Shown piece by piece: positions 25,983 through 38,389 of a stretch of 64,000 nt of DNA. The translations under genes and the position numbers were made by a program. Each line of letters begins with the position of its first letter. Positions within the stretch are counted from its first letter, which is position 1. Below the pieces are notes generated by a model that was given only the letters and a program-made list of their open reading frames with translations, was not told the origin of the DNA and ran no database searches. The DNA is taken from assembly GCA_951406725.2 (NCBI GenBank), contig OX597831.1:37014001-37078000 (forward strand), given 5' to 3'. The stretch is from Octopus vulgaris. Taxonomy: Eukaryota.

Positions 25983-26560
25983 CACGCGCACATATATATC
26001 TGTGTGTGTATGTGTGTGGGTATTTCTTGTTTCATGAAAGACATGACGGTATTCAAGTTTTATCCTATTTATTAAAGAATTTTCGTATTTGCATCTCGAT
26101 TTCTCGCAACTAGTGAGGAACAATAGAGTTTCTATATCCATATTCAATGTTTCCAGATCTTCGCAGACCGTCTTCAAGTACTGAAAAATTCGATGCCTGC
26201 AATGCTTTTAATATACAGATCGATTTTTCTTTTAGGTTACCATGCTAGAAGTCACATGTTAATTATTCTTATGTAGTTGTTATTTGCATGTTTCTTTTGG
26301 CATTCATGATTAATCTTCAATGATTGTGAAGAATTTTAGAGTGAGTATTATCCACTTATATTTTATCTAACTTGTATAACTGGACAGTATAGTATGTTGT
26401 TAATGCATGGTTAAAGACAGAATCAGGGGCTTATATGACCCATTATTAGACTTCCTTCCTTACTCATTTGCACGGGGGGCGCTATAAGCTTTAAGCTTAT
26501 AAAAAATTCCATTATCATTATTTATAGAATTGTAAAACTCGACACCGCTTAACAAAACCA

Positions 26561-26620
<60 letters not shown>

Positions 26621-27455
26621 CAGGGGTTGGACAAAATATTGGAAATACCTTAAAATTTCAAACAGATAGGACCCCCTTTGGCAGTAATTATACCTTGAAT
26701 TGTACGAGATATTGATGCGTGCAAAAATTGAATTGTGTGCAAAGGAATTTTTGTCCATTCTTCAGCTAAAACAGTCTCCAGTTCTTGTAGTGATGATGGT
26801 GAAGGATATCGACTCATTACCTGTTTTTTCTAAAATGCATTATAAATGTTCAATAATATTGAGATCTGAGGACTGTGGTGTTCAGATAATATGTTCAACT
26901 TCACTAGAATGTTCCTCGTTACATTCAGTAACAACTTTAGCTGTGTGGATTGGTGCATTATCATCCCAAAAGATTACGTTTCTCTCCGCAAACAGTTCCG
27001 CAACCATAGGATGAATTTAATAAGACAAAATGCTTAAGTAGTCTTGACTAGTAATTCTGCCATGATGGGGAACCATTGGGCTGGCGGATTTCCAAGATAT
27101 AGCCCCAGCCTCAGATCATCACAGATCGTCCTCCATGTTTAACAGTTGAAAGAAGGCAGTCTGTGTTAGATACTTCTTTTGGCTGTCTCCACACGTATAC
27201 TTGGCCGGTGGTTGGAAATAAGGTAAAATATGACTCGTCCGAGAAAATAACAGTCTTCCACTGCTCTAGGGACCAATTCTGTAGGTTTTTACTCCACTGT
27301 AAATGCTTTGCAACGTTCATTTTTGAAAATAGTGGTTTTCTGATTGCAGCCCTCTCGTGAAATCCGGCCTTCTGCAGGTCCCGGTGAACGGTTTTTGTGG
27401 AACTGAGTTATTGGGATGATCATTAAGCTCAGCAGTAATTCTAGGAGCTGTACTT
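26621..27455 (-). mobile_element. Tc1-family transposon, decayed and 5'-truncated
   Basis: TA-CAGGGGTTGGACAAAAT TIR; WKTVIFSDES..TVKHGGRSVMI, DDNAPIH and PQSSDLNIIEHL motifs. Confidence 0.9.
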
Positions 27456-27479
27456 CATAGTACATGACTTTCTTCTCAT

Positions 27480-29250
27480 GAACTTGAATTTCAGGAAGGC
27501 CAAGCGGAATGAAGTCAGAACTGAAATCCATGAAACAAATTAGCAATCTCAATGTTAACGAAGGAATGAAGTTTCTATACGAAGAGTTAATCAGGATCTG
27601 TTGAAGGCATGTCCCATATAAACACGCCTGTTCCTGCAAGCACTTGATTCCGTGAGTTAGACAGATACCAATGTGTAACCGAATCCAACCAACAAAACAA
27701 CTATAAAACCAAACTATCTCAGCAATTGAGATTGAGTAAAGAAAAAAGAACATCGAGCTGTACCTAAAACTATCTCATGAAAAAGAAACTTTGCTGAGCG
27801 AACAACGAGCCGTGTAAAATGTACAATTTACTTCTAAGTTCTATAATATTTCCCCATTGCTAAACAAAAATCAGCTATGCATAATCAGATTGGATCTGTA
27901 ATGGATCAAAATGGATCATATACTAACGATTCATCACAAACATGCTTATTCTTGAGTCAACATTGTGACAGTGCATCTTCCCAAACTATAGTTAACAAAA
28001 TACCATATGAACCAAATGAATTCTTTGATACCCGGAGCTCAACTTACAGCTAACGTCTTAGATTCAAACTCAGCCTCTGGACCAGATGGTCTCCCAGCCT
28101 TACTACTAAAAACGTGCAAAAACAACCTCGTGAACCCATTAAAAATACTATTTCAAAAGTCGCTAGGTACCGGTGAATTTCCAGAACTATTGAAAGACAC
28201 AACAGTAATACCTATACACAAAGGAAGGTAGTAAGACTGAAGCTAAAAATTACAGAACTGTTTCACTCACATCTCTCGCATCTGAAATTATCAAACGCAT
28301 TGTCTAAAATAGAATTAGTACATGCCTTGTGGAAAACAACCTCGTAGATGATATACAGCATAGTTTCTGGACTGGACGAAGTTGCCTTTCACAATTATTA
28401 CCGTATTATATATTTTACAACTAGCACCGTAACTCTATTCTTAATAATCTCTTGAAAGGAAAGGACATTGACTTTATATATCTTGATTTTGTAAAGGCGT
28501 TCAACAAGGTTGTTCATGGAATCCTCTGTCATAAGTGAAGGTATTTTGGTATCTCAGAAAAACTCAGAGAATGGCTCTTTAATTTTCTACATGGTAGGGG
28601 CCAATCTGTTGCTGGAAATAGTTTTCGCTCTGTAAAGTCACCTGTAATAAGTTGTATGCCTCAGGGAACGGTTCTTGGACTATACCTATTTATCACCAAA
28701 CTATCACAAGTGTAATCATCCGAAATAATGAGTTACGCCGATGATGCATAAATATCCATGGCTATCCAAACTCCAGAAGATACTGTCACTCTCCAAAATG
28801 AGTTAAACCGCATTTCATCAATAAGTGGATCAAAACAATATGAAATTTAAAACATCAGAAAATTTCATATTGTTAGTTACAGAGGGAATACACACTGTGA
28901 CACCAGAATGATTCAGAACACTAATGACATACGGGCCTTAGGATTAATCATGTAAAATGATGCATCTTTCATTAGCCACATCACAATACTGACTTCTAAA
29001 TGCACACATCTCATTGGATGGATCCTACAAACCGTTGTGATAAGAGAACCAGTAGTTAGGCTTGGTCTATGGAAAGCCTGAGTTCTGAGCAGGTTAGATT
29101 ACTGCTCACAACTTTGGTCTCCTAATTCATCCGGTCTCTTAGAAGAAATTAAAAGGTTACAAAGAACGTTCGCCAGTAAAATACCTTTGGTTAAAAGACT
29201 TAGTTACTGGGAATATTTGAAAGCATTGCGTTTCAAATGTCATGAATGCT

Positions 29251-29311
<61 letters not shown>

Positions 29312-29450
29312 CTATCACATACGTATGGAAAATCCTGTTCCAAACTTCGAGATTAGAGAGAATTTTAATGCACCAACTGTTAGACCCTGTCGGCTTCCAA
29401 ATATATCACCTTCGAAATCACAAGCAAAACCACTTTGTCTCGTGATGGAA
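27480..29450 (+). mobile_element. CR1-clade LINE ORF2 pseudogene (reverse transcriptase)
   Basis: SASGPDGLP..VIPIHKG, NYRTVSLTS, GRSCLSQL, YLDFVKAFNKV, MPQGTVLG, YADD, SRLDYCSQLWSP with many stops and frameshifts. Confidence 0.9.
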
Positions 29451-29607
29451 AATGGGGCCATGAATGGAAAAGGTTTAAGAAGCACTGATGTATAATGATA
29501 AAAACTTTATTACACCTGTGTTTCTTTCGTTATTAAAATCGAAAAAAATCGGCCGTGTTTGTAAAAAATTTGGACTTGAGTTTGCACCCACGAAGCAATT
29601 TTCACTG

Positions 29608-29703
<96 letters not shown>

Positions 29704-29769
29704 TATGATTTTTTGATTTTTGATTTTTCCAGTTTCAGCTAATAAGCTGTGGCCATATATATATACAAT

Positions 29770-29908
29770 TTTTATTGAAGCATCAAAATTTTCAGTTACA
29801 CGTTCCCGTACGTCGGGGAGTTATGATGTATTCATCACAACTATCCGACGAACGTTAACGTGTAACTTTGAGTAGGAGTTTTGTGAAAATTTTGCAGCTT
29901 CAATAAAA
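29770..29908. repeat. Imperfect palindrome, probable PLE foldback
   Basis: TTTTATTGAAGC..AGTTACACGTT..CGTCGG versus CCGACG..AACGTGTAACT..GCTTCAATAAAA. Confidence 0.75.
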
Positions 29909-29998
29909 GCATATTGCTCTACCTTTGGTATTCGAGTACTATTTTGTTTCCTCTCCTATTGCATTTATGTGCTTACTTGTGTGTGCTAGTGTATATAT

Positions 29999-30086
<88 letters not shown>

Positions 30087-30479
30087 GTATATATATATAT
30101 GTATGTATGTATATACAGAGAGAGAGGGAGAGAGAGAAACAAGATTTCTGGTATTTTTATCTTAAGATTATATACATACACACACACACACGCGCGCACA
30201 CACACACTATATACATATATATGATGGTGAAAGGGAGAGAAAGAAGACAGGGATGGGGAGAGGAAGAGGCAGACGAAGAGAAGGGGAGAGAGAGTAACAA
30301 AGGTTGACCAAGTGTGAGTCAATTTCAAATGAATGCCCAAGAGATAGCCATTCAGTGCCAATGTTAGTTTAAACAAATTGTTCTAGTACTAAAGTTTCTG
30401 TGCCATTCACTAAGCGACCTCAAACTCATTTCTATACTCCTGTGGGAGTAACTATTATACGCAGTATTTTGAAGCAGCA

Positions 30480-30598
<119 letters not shown>

Positions 30599-30699
30599 AT
30601 ATATATATATGTAGTTCAAATTTACAGAAAAACAAAAGACGAAGACAGGTGTAGGAAAAACACCCCGTCTCTCTCTCACTATATATATTTATATGGTGA

Positions 30700-30869
30700 C
30701 AGGCGGTGGCGTGACCGTGTGGTAAGAAGCTTTCTTTCCACCCATATGGTTCCAGGTTCAGTCCTACTACGTGACATCTTGGACAAGTGTCTTCTATTGT
30801 AGCCTTCGGGCCGACCAAAGCCTTGTGAGGGGATTTGGTTGACGGAAACTGAAAGAAGCATGTCACGTA
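30700..30869 (+). mobile_element. Family-1 SINE head; its tail resumes at ~33820-33955
   Basis: Head ends GAAACTGAAAGAAGC..; tail TTTGTCCCC..GTTCGGCAAAAGAGAC appears 2.9 kb later. Confidence 0.8.
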
Positions 30870-30905
30870 TCTTTATATATATAAAACTGGGAATGTGTGT
30901 GTGTG

Positions 30906-30943
<38 letters not shown>

Positions 30944-31641
30944 TGTGTCTGTCTGTCTGTGTGTTTCCCTAAAACTTGAGAACTACACAACCAATCTCAT
31001 TCCAATTTTACACATGCCTTACGTAGGGTCCGAGGAGTGTTATCGGCAAAAAAAATTAACTTTTTGCCTAGGGCGAGCCCACAGCAATATCATATCTTCT
31101 CCACTACGATTCCCTAAAACTCGAGAACTACACAACCAATTCCATTCAAATTTTACACATGCCTTACTTAGGATCCATGTAGTTTAATGGGCAAAAAATT
31201 TCAACTTCTTGCATAGAGCGAGCCCATAGCAATATCATATCTTCTCCACTATTTCAGTATTACGTGTTAAGAGTGAAACAAAAACGTTTCTCTATTTTAT
31301 GTCAGATACTTTCCCTTTAACAATAAAAATAATAATATCAATTGAATTATATGTAGTAAGTAATAATTAAAATCAAACTAAAGTATAATATAATCGTTAC
31401 ATAACAAAAGTAAAAATAGCAATTGGTATAAAATTGCATCAAGTATTTGAACTTGAATAAGTGGTTTCACATGAATGGGAATAAATTAAGAATAAAATTA
31501 GCGTGCAGAAATGGAATAGTCCAGATGGATAATAAAAAATTAAATTAAAGAAAAGACTATTGTCTATAAAGTATACAATGTAGAGAAAAAAGGTTATGTT
31601 TTTTTGCGCTCTGTAAAATTCGGTAAAAAAGAACAAAAAGC

Positions 31642-33309
31642 GTTGTTGTTGTTGTGGAAATTCTGAACGGCGTTGACGCGGTTTCGCGTTTCGCTCGTTC
31701 AGCGCGTTACACTTTTTCTGTTTTGGCGGCCGTTTTCGGTCTGTCAGACAGAAGGAAATGGACTATGAGTCTTTAACAGACTTGTCCACGACAGATGAGG
31801 AACTGGAACAGGCAATTGCAATGAAGCTGATGGAAGAAAAGGCTGGAGTTTTCGAGTCTTTATCAGACTTGCCTACGTCTGAGAAGGAGCTAGAAACGGC
31901 AGCAAGGGAATTGGAAGAGAAGCTGGGTTATACCTATGCCGGTGTAACCAAGAAGGCGGAAGAGAAGGGGGTCGACATGGCCAAGTTGCCAAGTTACCAG
32001 AAGTGCATGAAGAGGGAAGGCGGTGAGGTGGAACTATCACCGACACCCAGGAGAGAAGAATGGTATGATGGGAGGACCATTGTTTGCAGGGTGTTCGCGG
32101 GCGAAGGGAGGAGGGTGGAAGTTGTAACCATGGAATGGATGCGGGAGGCCCTGCGAGGAACTGAGGAGGAAGTAGATTTTCTGACTCGAGGATCCAAGTA
32201 CGGGACCGTAGTTGTGCACTTTAAAAGTGAATCTGCAGCGAGGAAGATGGCAGCGAAGGCGGTGAAGTCGGAAAAGGTAACACTGTTACCTACGTATTTA
32301 AACAGGAGGATTACACGAATAAGGGTGGAGGGAGTGCCACCAAACGTGGAGGCAGAATGGATTGTGGCGGCTGTGATCAGCGGCCACGAGGACGAAGTGG
32401 ATATTCTCCATGCCTCGGTTAGGTCCGGGGGCTGGAGGGGAGTAACAGTGGAGCTGAACGTGCAGGCGGAGACCGAGGTACTGGTGGACCTGACGGAGGG
32501 CATCAGACTGGGAGAGGTGATCATGAGAGTGTGGGTGGAGGGCGGGGCTCCACGTTGTTGCAAGTGTGGCCTGAGGGGTCACATAAGAGCCTTCTGCCCT
32601 CCCCCAGGGAAAGAAATGGATTCCGAACCAGAGGAGAAGGAAACAGAGGAAGAGAATACACAGAAATGGAAGGAAGTTGGAAGTAAGAGGAAGAGAAGAA
32701 TACGTGGAAAAAAAGAAAATAATATGGAACTCCAATCTACCCCAAAACCACCCACACCCTCTGAGTCCCACCCTATCCATGCAGACATTGAGCCCACCCG
32801 CTCCCCCCCAACAAGAAAACAAAAGAAAAAAAAAGAATACACACACACAAGAGATTGAAAGCGAACCCAGGCCGTACATTTGTACTATGACTGAACAGAA
32901 AGAAGTTAAAAGTCTAATGGAAGAGTATAAATGGTATGATGTTGGAGAGACTAGGTATGCTGTGATTGAAAAGAAGAACATAGGGGAGTTTATGGGGAGG
33001 TGTGAAAGGGAGAATTGGGAGGTGAAAGATATAAGAATGAGCGATAAATTCGTGGAAAATATGGATGAGTATTTCGGAGTAAGAATGGATATGGAATTTA
33101 TTCGTATTGGCAAAGAACATTCAAGTGACTATGAAAAACAAAGGACAAGTAAGTGATGCTGACGGACGGGGCCGTTGGTATCGCTTTCATTTTATCATTT
33201 TTTTCGTTTAACAATTCATGTTCATAAAGTTTAATTATAATGTTCTATGTCCCCATGTTTTGTTATGTCCGCCATTCTTCGTAGCCCCTTAGTGGGTAAT
33301 AAAGAAATC
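31642..33309 (+). mobile_element. RT-less ORF1-only non-LTR element (HAL1-like, Tx1/L1-related)
   Basis: GC-rich hairpin 5' UTR, gag-like ORF, short 3' UTR ending AGCCCCTTAGTGGGTAATAAAGAAAT. Confidence 0.7.
31758..33156 (+). CDS. Gag-like/ORF1 nucleic-acid-binding protein (RRM-like region + CCHC knuckle), ~465 aa if one extra base in the A-run near 32830 is removed
   Basis: ATG-initiated 366-aa ORF with CKCGLRGHIRAFC (CX2CX4HX4C); overlapping +1-frame ORF continues to 33156. Confidence 0.75.
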
Positions 33310-33600
33310 ACATGGAGGAAAGCACCTTCGAAAAGTGTCTTGGTGCGACTATGAAATGTATCTAATCAGAAGCGGTAAATTGGCCACAATAGAAGCAAGG
33401 TTCGAGTCAACGGAGCGTGCAAGGGAGTACTCGACTCGAACTTGCAAAGTGGAAATATTTTATTTTTACCTTTATATCTGGGACGTAGGACGTCCGGGAA
33501 AAAAATTAAAAAAATGCCTCCCCCACCAGAAGTAGAGGTAGGCTGAACTGTAGCCACACGTCTACACAAGAGGGAGGACAAGATACAATTGATCGAAATT
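33310..33600 (+). pseudogene. Decayed paralogous ORF1 fragment
   Basis: YLIRSGKLATIEARFESTERAREYS..ILFLPLYLGRR..MPP..EVEVG aligns with FLTRGSKYGTVVVHFKSESAARKMA..VTLLPTYLNRR..VPPNVEAEW. Confidence 0.75.
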
Positions 33601-33786
33601 ACAAGAGACGGGCTAACAATTCCAGTCTGTTATATATTTTGAGTATTGTTATCACTAGCGATATCAAGATATAACTTTGTATTTTGTATTTTATGTGTAG
33701 ATGTATATATATAGATGTACATGTAATATGTACACATATATATGCACATATATACATGCACTAGCAACGACGGGTCTTTAATGCTA

Positions 33787-33824
<38 letters not shown>

Positions 33825-34121
33825 GTTTGTGTGTATGTTTGTCCCCTCACAATCGTAAGTTAGCAGTTCGGCAAAAGAGACTGATATAATAAGTACCAGG
33901 CTTACAAAGAATAAGTCCTCGGGTCAATTTGTCCGACTAAAGGAGGTGCACCATGTGCCACATGTCAGATGACGAAATGATCGCAGAGCAGTGTCATATG
34001 AAATGCTTTGCTCAAGAACACAACGCAATGCCCAATCTGGGAATCGAACCTATGATCTTGCAATCGTGAATGCAATACCTTAGCCACTAAGCCATGGGCC
34101 TTCAATAGACATTTTGACATC

Positions 34122-34164
<43 letters not shown>

Positions 34165-34330
34165 GTCTCTCTCTCTTTATTTATATAATTATAAATTAAG
34201 GTATCTACGAGATACCACCATGCTGAAAATAGCATTCATGATCTGACACTAAAACCACCTTAATTGTTCATATATCAACATGGAGAGAAAACAAAGAGAC
34301 AAGATGAAACTAATAAAAGATTACTGGATA

Positions 34331-34389
34331 ATTCTAGATCCCGGATTTCTGACTTTGCATTTAGTAATGCTTTGCCTCATCAGTAGAAT
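34331..34389 (-). ncRNA. Type-I hammerhead ribozyme motif with intact core
   Basis: ATTCTA-CTGATGA-GGC-AAA-GCATT-ACTA-AATGC-AAA-GTC-A-GAAA-TCCGGGA-TC-TAGAAT; AUC triplet. Confidence 0.8.
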
Positions 34390-34968
34390 ACACACAGAAA
34401 AGAAACATAAATACATATATATATATATAAGCACAACATATGAATACTTACATATACGAACGCATACCTACATATATATGCACGGATGCATCATGGCCAG
34501 TTCAAAATGCCCGCCGTTTAATTTCATGTGAGATATGGTCAAAATATCGCCGCAGTAAATACAGTGACGAATTTAAATTTATATTGGGATAAGATCGTTA
34601 ATTTAAAAATAAAATAACTATTTTATCAAATAGTCAGCATGGAAATAATAACCTTCAAAGGTAATAATTATTAAAATTATAAATTAGGGTGTCTACGAGA
34701 TACCACCATGCTGAAAATAGCAGCCATGATCTGAATCTATAAATCGTGTTGATATATGGACAATTAAGGTGGTTTTACTGCTAGTGTAATGAATGGGGAA
34801 GGCTTGGTCTGCAATGTTTGCAGTCATGTATGTTTGTATAGAGCGGGGATCGTTAGTCACCAACGGAGACATAAGTGTAAGTATAAGGTAGTCTTGAGCG
34901 CACAATGTTCCTAAAGGTCAGTAATGGTTTTCCTCGGTCACAGGTGGACGGATATCATGTACATATAA

Positions 34969-35300
34969 AGTAAAAGAGTCAAAAGAAGCGTAAGTACGGT
35001 TAGACAGTTTTTTTTGATAATCACTAGAAATGTTTCGATACATACAGATCCACGTATTCAAAGGAAACATGGATGATGTAGCATAGAAATCTAGATCTAC
35101 TTACGGAGACAGCAATTGAATATCGCCTGAGGAGACGCATATAGATCTTCTTATACAAGTAAATAGTTACATAATTTAATTTAAATTTAAATTTAAATTT
35201 AAATCCTGTATATACATGGATCCGCATGTATAGAAACATTTGTAGGGATTATTAAAAAGCTGTCTAACCGTGCTTGCTCTTCCTTTTGACTCTTTTACTT
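34969..35300. mobile_element. PLE foldback (arms ~34969-35057 / 35212-35300)
   Basis: Diverged inverted repeat overlapping a hammerhead. Confidence 0.7.
35122..35249 (+). ncRNA. Hammerhead motif with a long stem-loop II
   Basis: ATCGC-CTGAGGA-..-GAAA-CATTTG-TA-GGGAT. Confidence 0.65.
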
Positions 35301-36443
35301 TTTACTTTATATTTTCTCACACGAGAAATACCTAAGACTAAAATTTGTAGCATACCATAAGAATACTACCGGCTATTTGGGAATTCTAAGGGTGAACGAA
35401 CTCTATTTGTACTCTTATACGTTCTTAACAGAACACACCTCAACTATATATCTATGTATATATATATGTGTTTGTGTGTTTGTGTGTATGCGTAAATACA
35501 AAACCTCTGCATATTTGTGTATGTGTTTATTTGACCATTTTCATGTGTGTGTGGGTAAATGCGTGTATGTGTGCACCTATGCATATGTGTGAATGTATTT
35601 GTGTGTGTGTAAAACACGCAGAAAATGGTGTCATTTTGATAAGAAAATTTTCCAAAAAATTTACTGAAATCTGGAACTTTCACCTGAAACTCTACGATCT
35701 TGAAAAGCAGATATCATCTTCGACATGAGAAATATATTTTTCTCTCTAGAAAATATCATTTTTGTCAAAACTACGCTTCTCTGATATCCTTTATTCTCTC
35801 CTCCCCCCTCTCTCTGTCTCTCTGTCTCTCTTTCTCCCTCTCTATTTATCCGTCGTTATCACAAATAATCTTGTTAAGCCATTTCCTCCACTACTGAATC
35901 CCATTATCAGATGGAATTGTACATTTCACCTTACTGCAAATAACGTTGATGATGATGATGATAATGTTGATGACAATAATTACGGTGATCATGGTTGGTG
36001 GAATGATGATCATAATCGTGATTATAGCAATAAAGTTGATGATGATGATGATAGTGATGATGATGGTGGTGGTGTTGGTAGTGTTGTTGTTGGTGGTGGT
36101 GGTGACGATGACGACAATGACGATGAGGTTGTCGATGATGCTGATGATATGGGTGGTGTTGACATGTTAGTAATGACTGATCGCAAAGATAATGATGGCA
36201 GTACAGTTGCTGCTGATAATGATGACGCTGCTGCTCCTGCTGCTGCTGCAGCTGCATCTACTACGATTATTACTGCTACAATGACTGTTATTGTTGTTGT
36301 TGTTGTTGTTGCTGCAGATGTTGAATTTTTCTGTCACATCTGTGGACTTCTTGCAGATGCACAACTTCACTGTCGTATACACACACATACACACGTTTAT
36401 GCATTGGAAGTACATATGTATATTTAAGTATGCATGTATGGAA

Positions 36444-36477
<34 letters not shown>

Positions 36478-36522
36478 ATGTGTGCGTGTATGCATAGATT
36501 CGTATGCATACACACATACAGT

Positions 36523-36556
<34 letters not shown>

Positions 36557-36559
36557 AAT

Positions 36560-36748
36560 ATAGGGAGAATTCACAAAAAAAAGACGAAGACAGGTGGTGT
36601 GGACAACAAACAGATGTGTTAGTATAACACTCGGGAAGTGTAAAAGTCTTTAACATTTCGAGTCTACGCTCTTCCACAGAAAGGAACACAGAAAGAAACA
36701 AGGAGATAAAATAGAGAAAATAAAGAATGCGTAGTGGTTAGCGATCTG
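36560..36748 (-). mobile_element. Short PLE-like repeat with a variant hammerhead; same family at 1-75 and ~30610-30662
   Basis: CTGTGGA-A-GAGC-GTAG-ACTC-GAAA-TG-TT; shared CTACGCTCTTC.ACAGAA and AAAAGACGAAGACAGGTG. Confidence 0.6.
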
Positions 36749-37878
36749 GGCTTCTTTTAGTTTCTGCCTACCATATCCACTCACAAGGCTTTGGTCGGCC
36801 TGAGGCTATAGTAGAAGACACTTGCCCAAGGTGTCACGCAGTGGGACTGAACGCGGAACCATGTGGTTGGTAAACAAGCTACTTACCACACAGCCACTCC
36901 TAGGCCTATATATATGACAACAAAAGAATGAACGAGACCTCTATATTATGTAAATAGAGGAATTTATATATATATATATATATGTATAGTACAGGACAAT
37001 CAGGAAACTCAGAGTTTCAAATACCAGTGCAAAAAGCTTCTAAGCGTTTTCCTCATTGAAAATCTGAGTTCTCTTATGACAACTTACTGATTGTCCTGTA
37101 CTATATATATATGAGAGACGCTGAAGAATATTGGATTTAGGTAAAAGAAAATACGGGAGGATCTGTTAGTTCTGGTTTCATAAAATATATTCCCCTCTCA
37201 GACTCACATACTTATTGCAGCATTCCTGTTAAAGAACCTGGAAGGCTGCATCTCCAGCCAGGCCTTTTGTGATACCCTTAAACCCAGGGACTTTTCCGCA
37301 CCACATATATTTATGGACCAGGCCAGTCAGTTGATTTTCATCGACACACAATGCTTCCCAGAGAATCAATCCATTTCCCCTCTTCTAATCCTCTCAAGAG
37401 CATCACTATTCAGTTTCATTTACCCACACCTCACTGATAGAGAGATATAACTTTGCAAATTCCAGGAGCTCTGTCTTGGTCTTTGGCCTGGGCCTGAAGT
37501 ACATTTTAGCAATTTACTTGTTGTGTATTGAGCTAAGTAGGTATGGCAGTTGGTGTTAATCTGGCTTGCTTACCAATCTCATGGTTCTCGGTTCAGTCCC
37601 ACTGTGTGGCACCTTGAGCAAGTGTCTTCTACTATTGCCTCAGAGATAATGGTGTCATTGAAACCCAATGCTGAATAAGTTAAGTCCCAGATTCGGTAGT
37701 ATTGCGAATAAAAGTTCAACGTTGGTTCTATGTCAGCGTGTGTATATAAGAATTTTTCCATAATACGATAAAAACCAAGGCTGTGTAGATATTAGAGCAT
37801 TTATAGATAGGTCTTACAGCTTCTATCTATAAATGTTCTATCTATACAGCCTTTTTTTAAAATCTTATTACACAAAAA

Positions 37879-37957
<79 letters not shown>

Positions 37958-38389
37958 TGTGTGTGTGTGTGTGTTTGTGTGTCTGTGTTTGTCCCCACCA
38001 ACATCACTTGATAAATGATGCTGGTGTGTGTACGTCCCAGTAACTAAGCGGTTTGGCAAAAGAGACTGATAGAATAAGTACTAGGCTTACAAAGAATAAG
38101 TCCTGGGTTCAACTTGCTCGATTCAATGGGTGCTCTAGCATGGCCGCAGTCAAATGACTAAAATAATAGATAAATGGACATTGGGAATGTAGAATAATGG
38201 GTTCAACATGGAAATATATTGCGAAACCTGTAGCAAATTTGAACTGGTAACGTATGAGCCGGTAGATCAATCGCTTAACCACTGAGCTATTTCGTTACCA
38301 CCACTGTGAAGTATTTCAGAGAAATACTCATTCTCTGATCAGATGCACACATGCACACACAGACACACACACACGTACACTCACACCAA

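Larger units (their letters stand above)
30870..33787 (+). mobile_element. Probable non-autonomous Helitron
   Basis: A|TC-TTTATATATATAAAA 5' end followed by (TG)n; two ~144-bp tandem units (30966-31251); 3' end GCAACGACGGG..TGCTAG|T; no TSD; exactly splits a SINE. The 3' hairpin is incomplete. Confidence 0.65.

Noticed and set aside
32820-32840. Programmed -1 frameshift at the A-run
   Set aside because: The downstream ORF is in the +1 frame; a homopolymer indel is simpler
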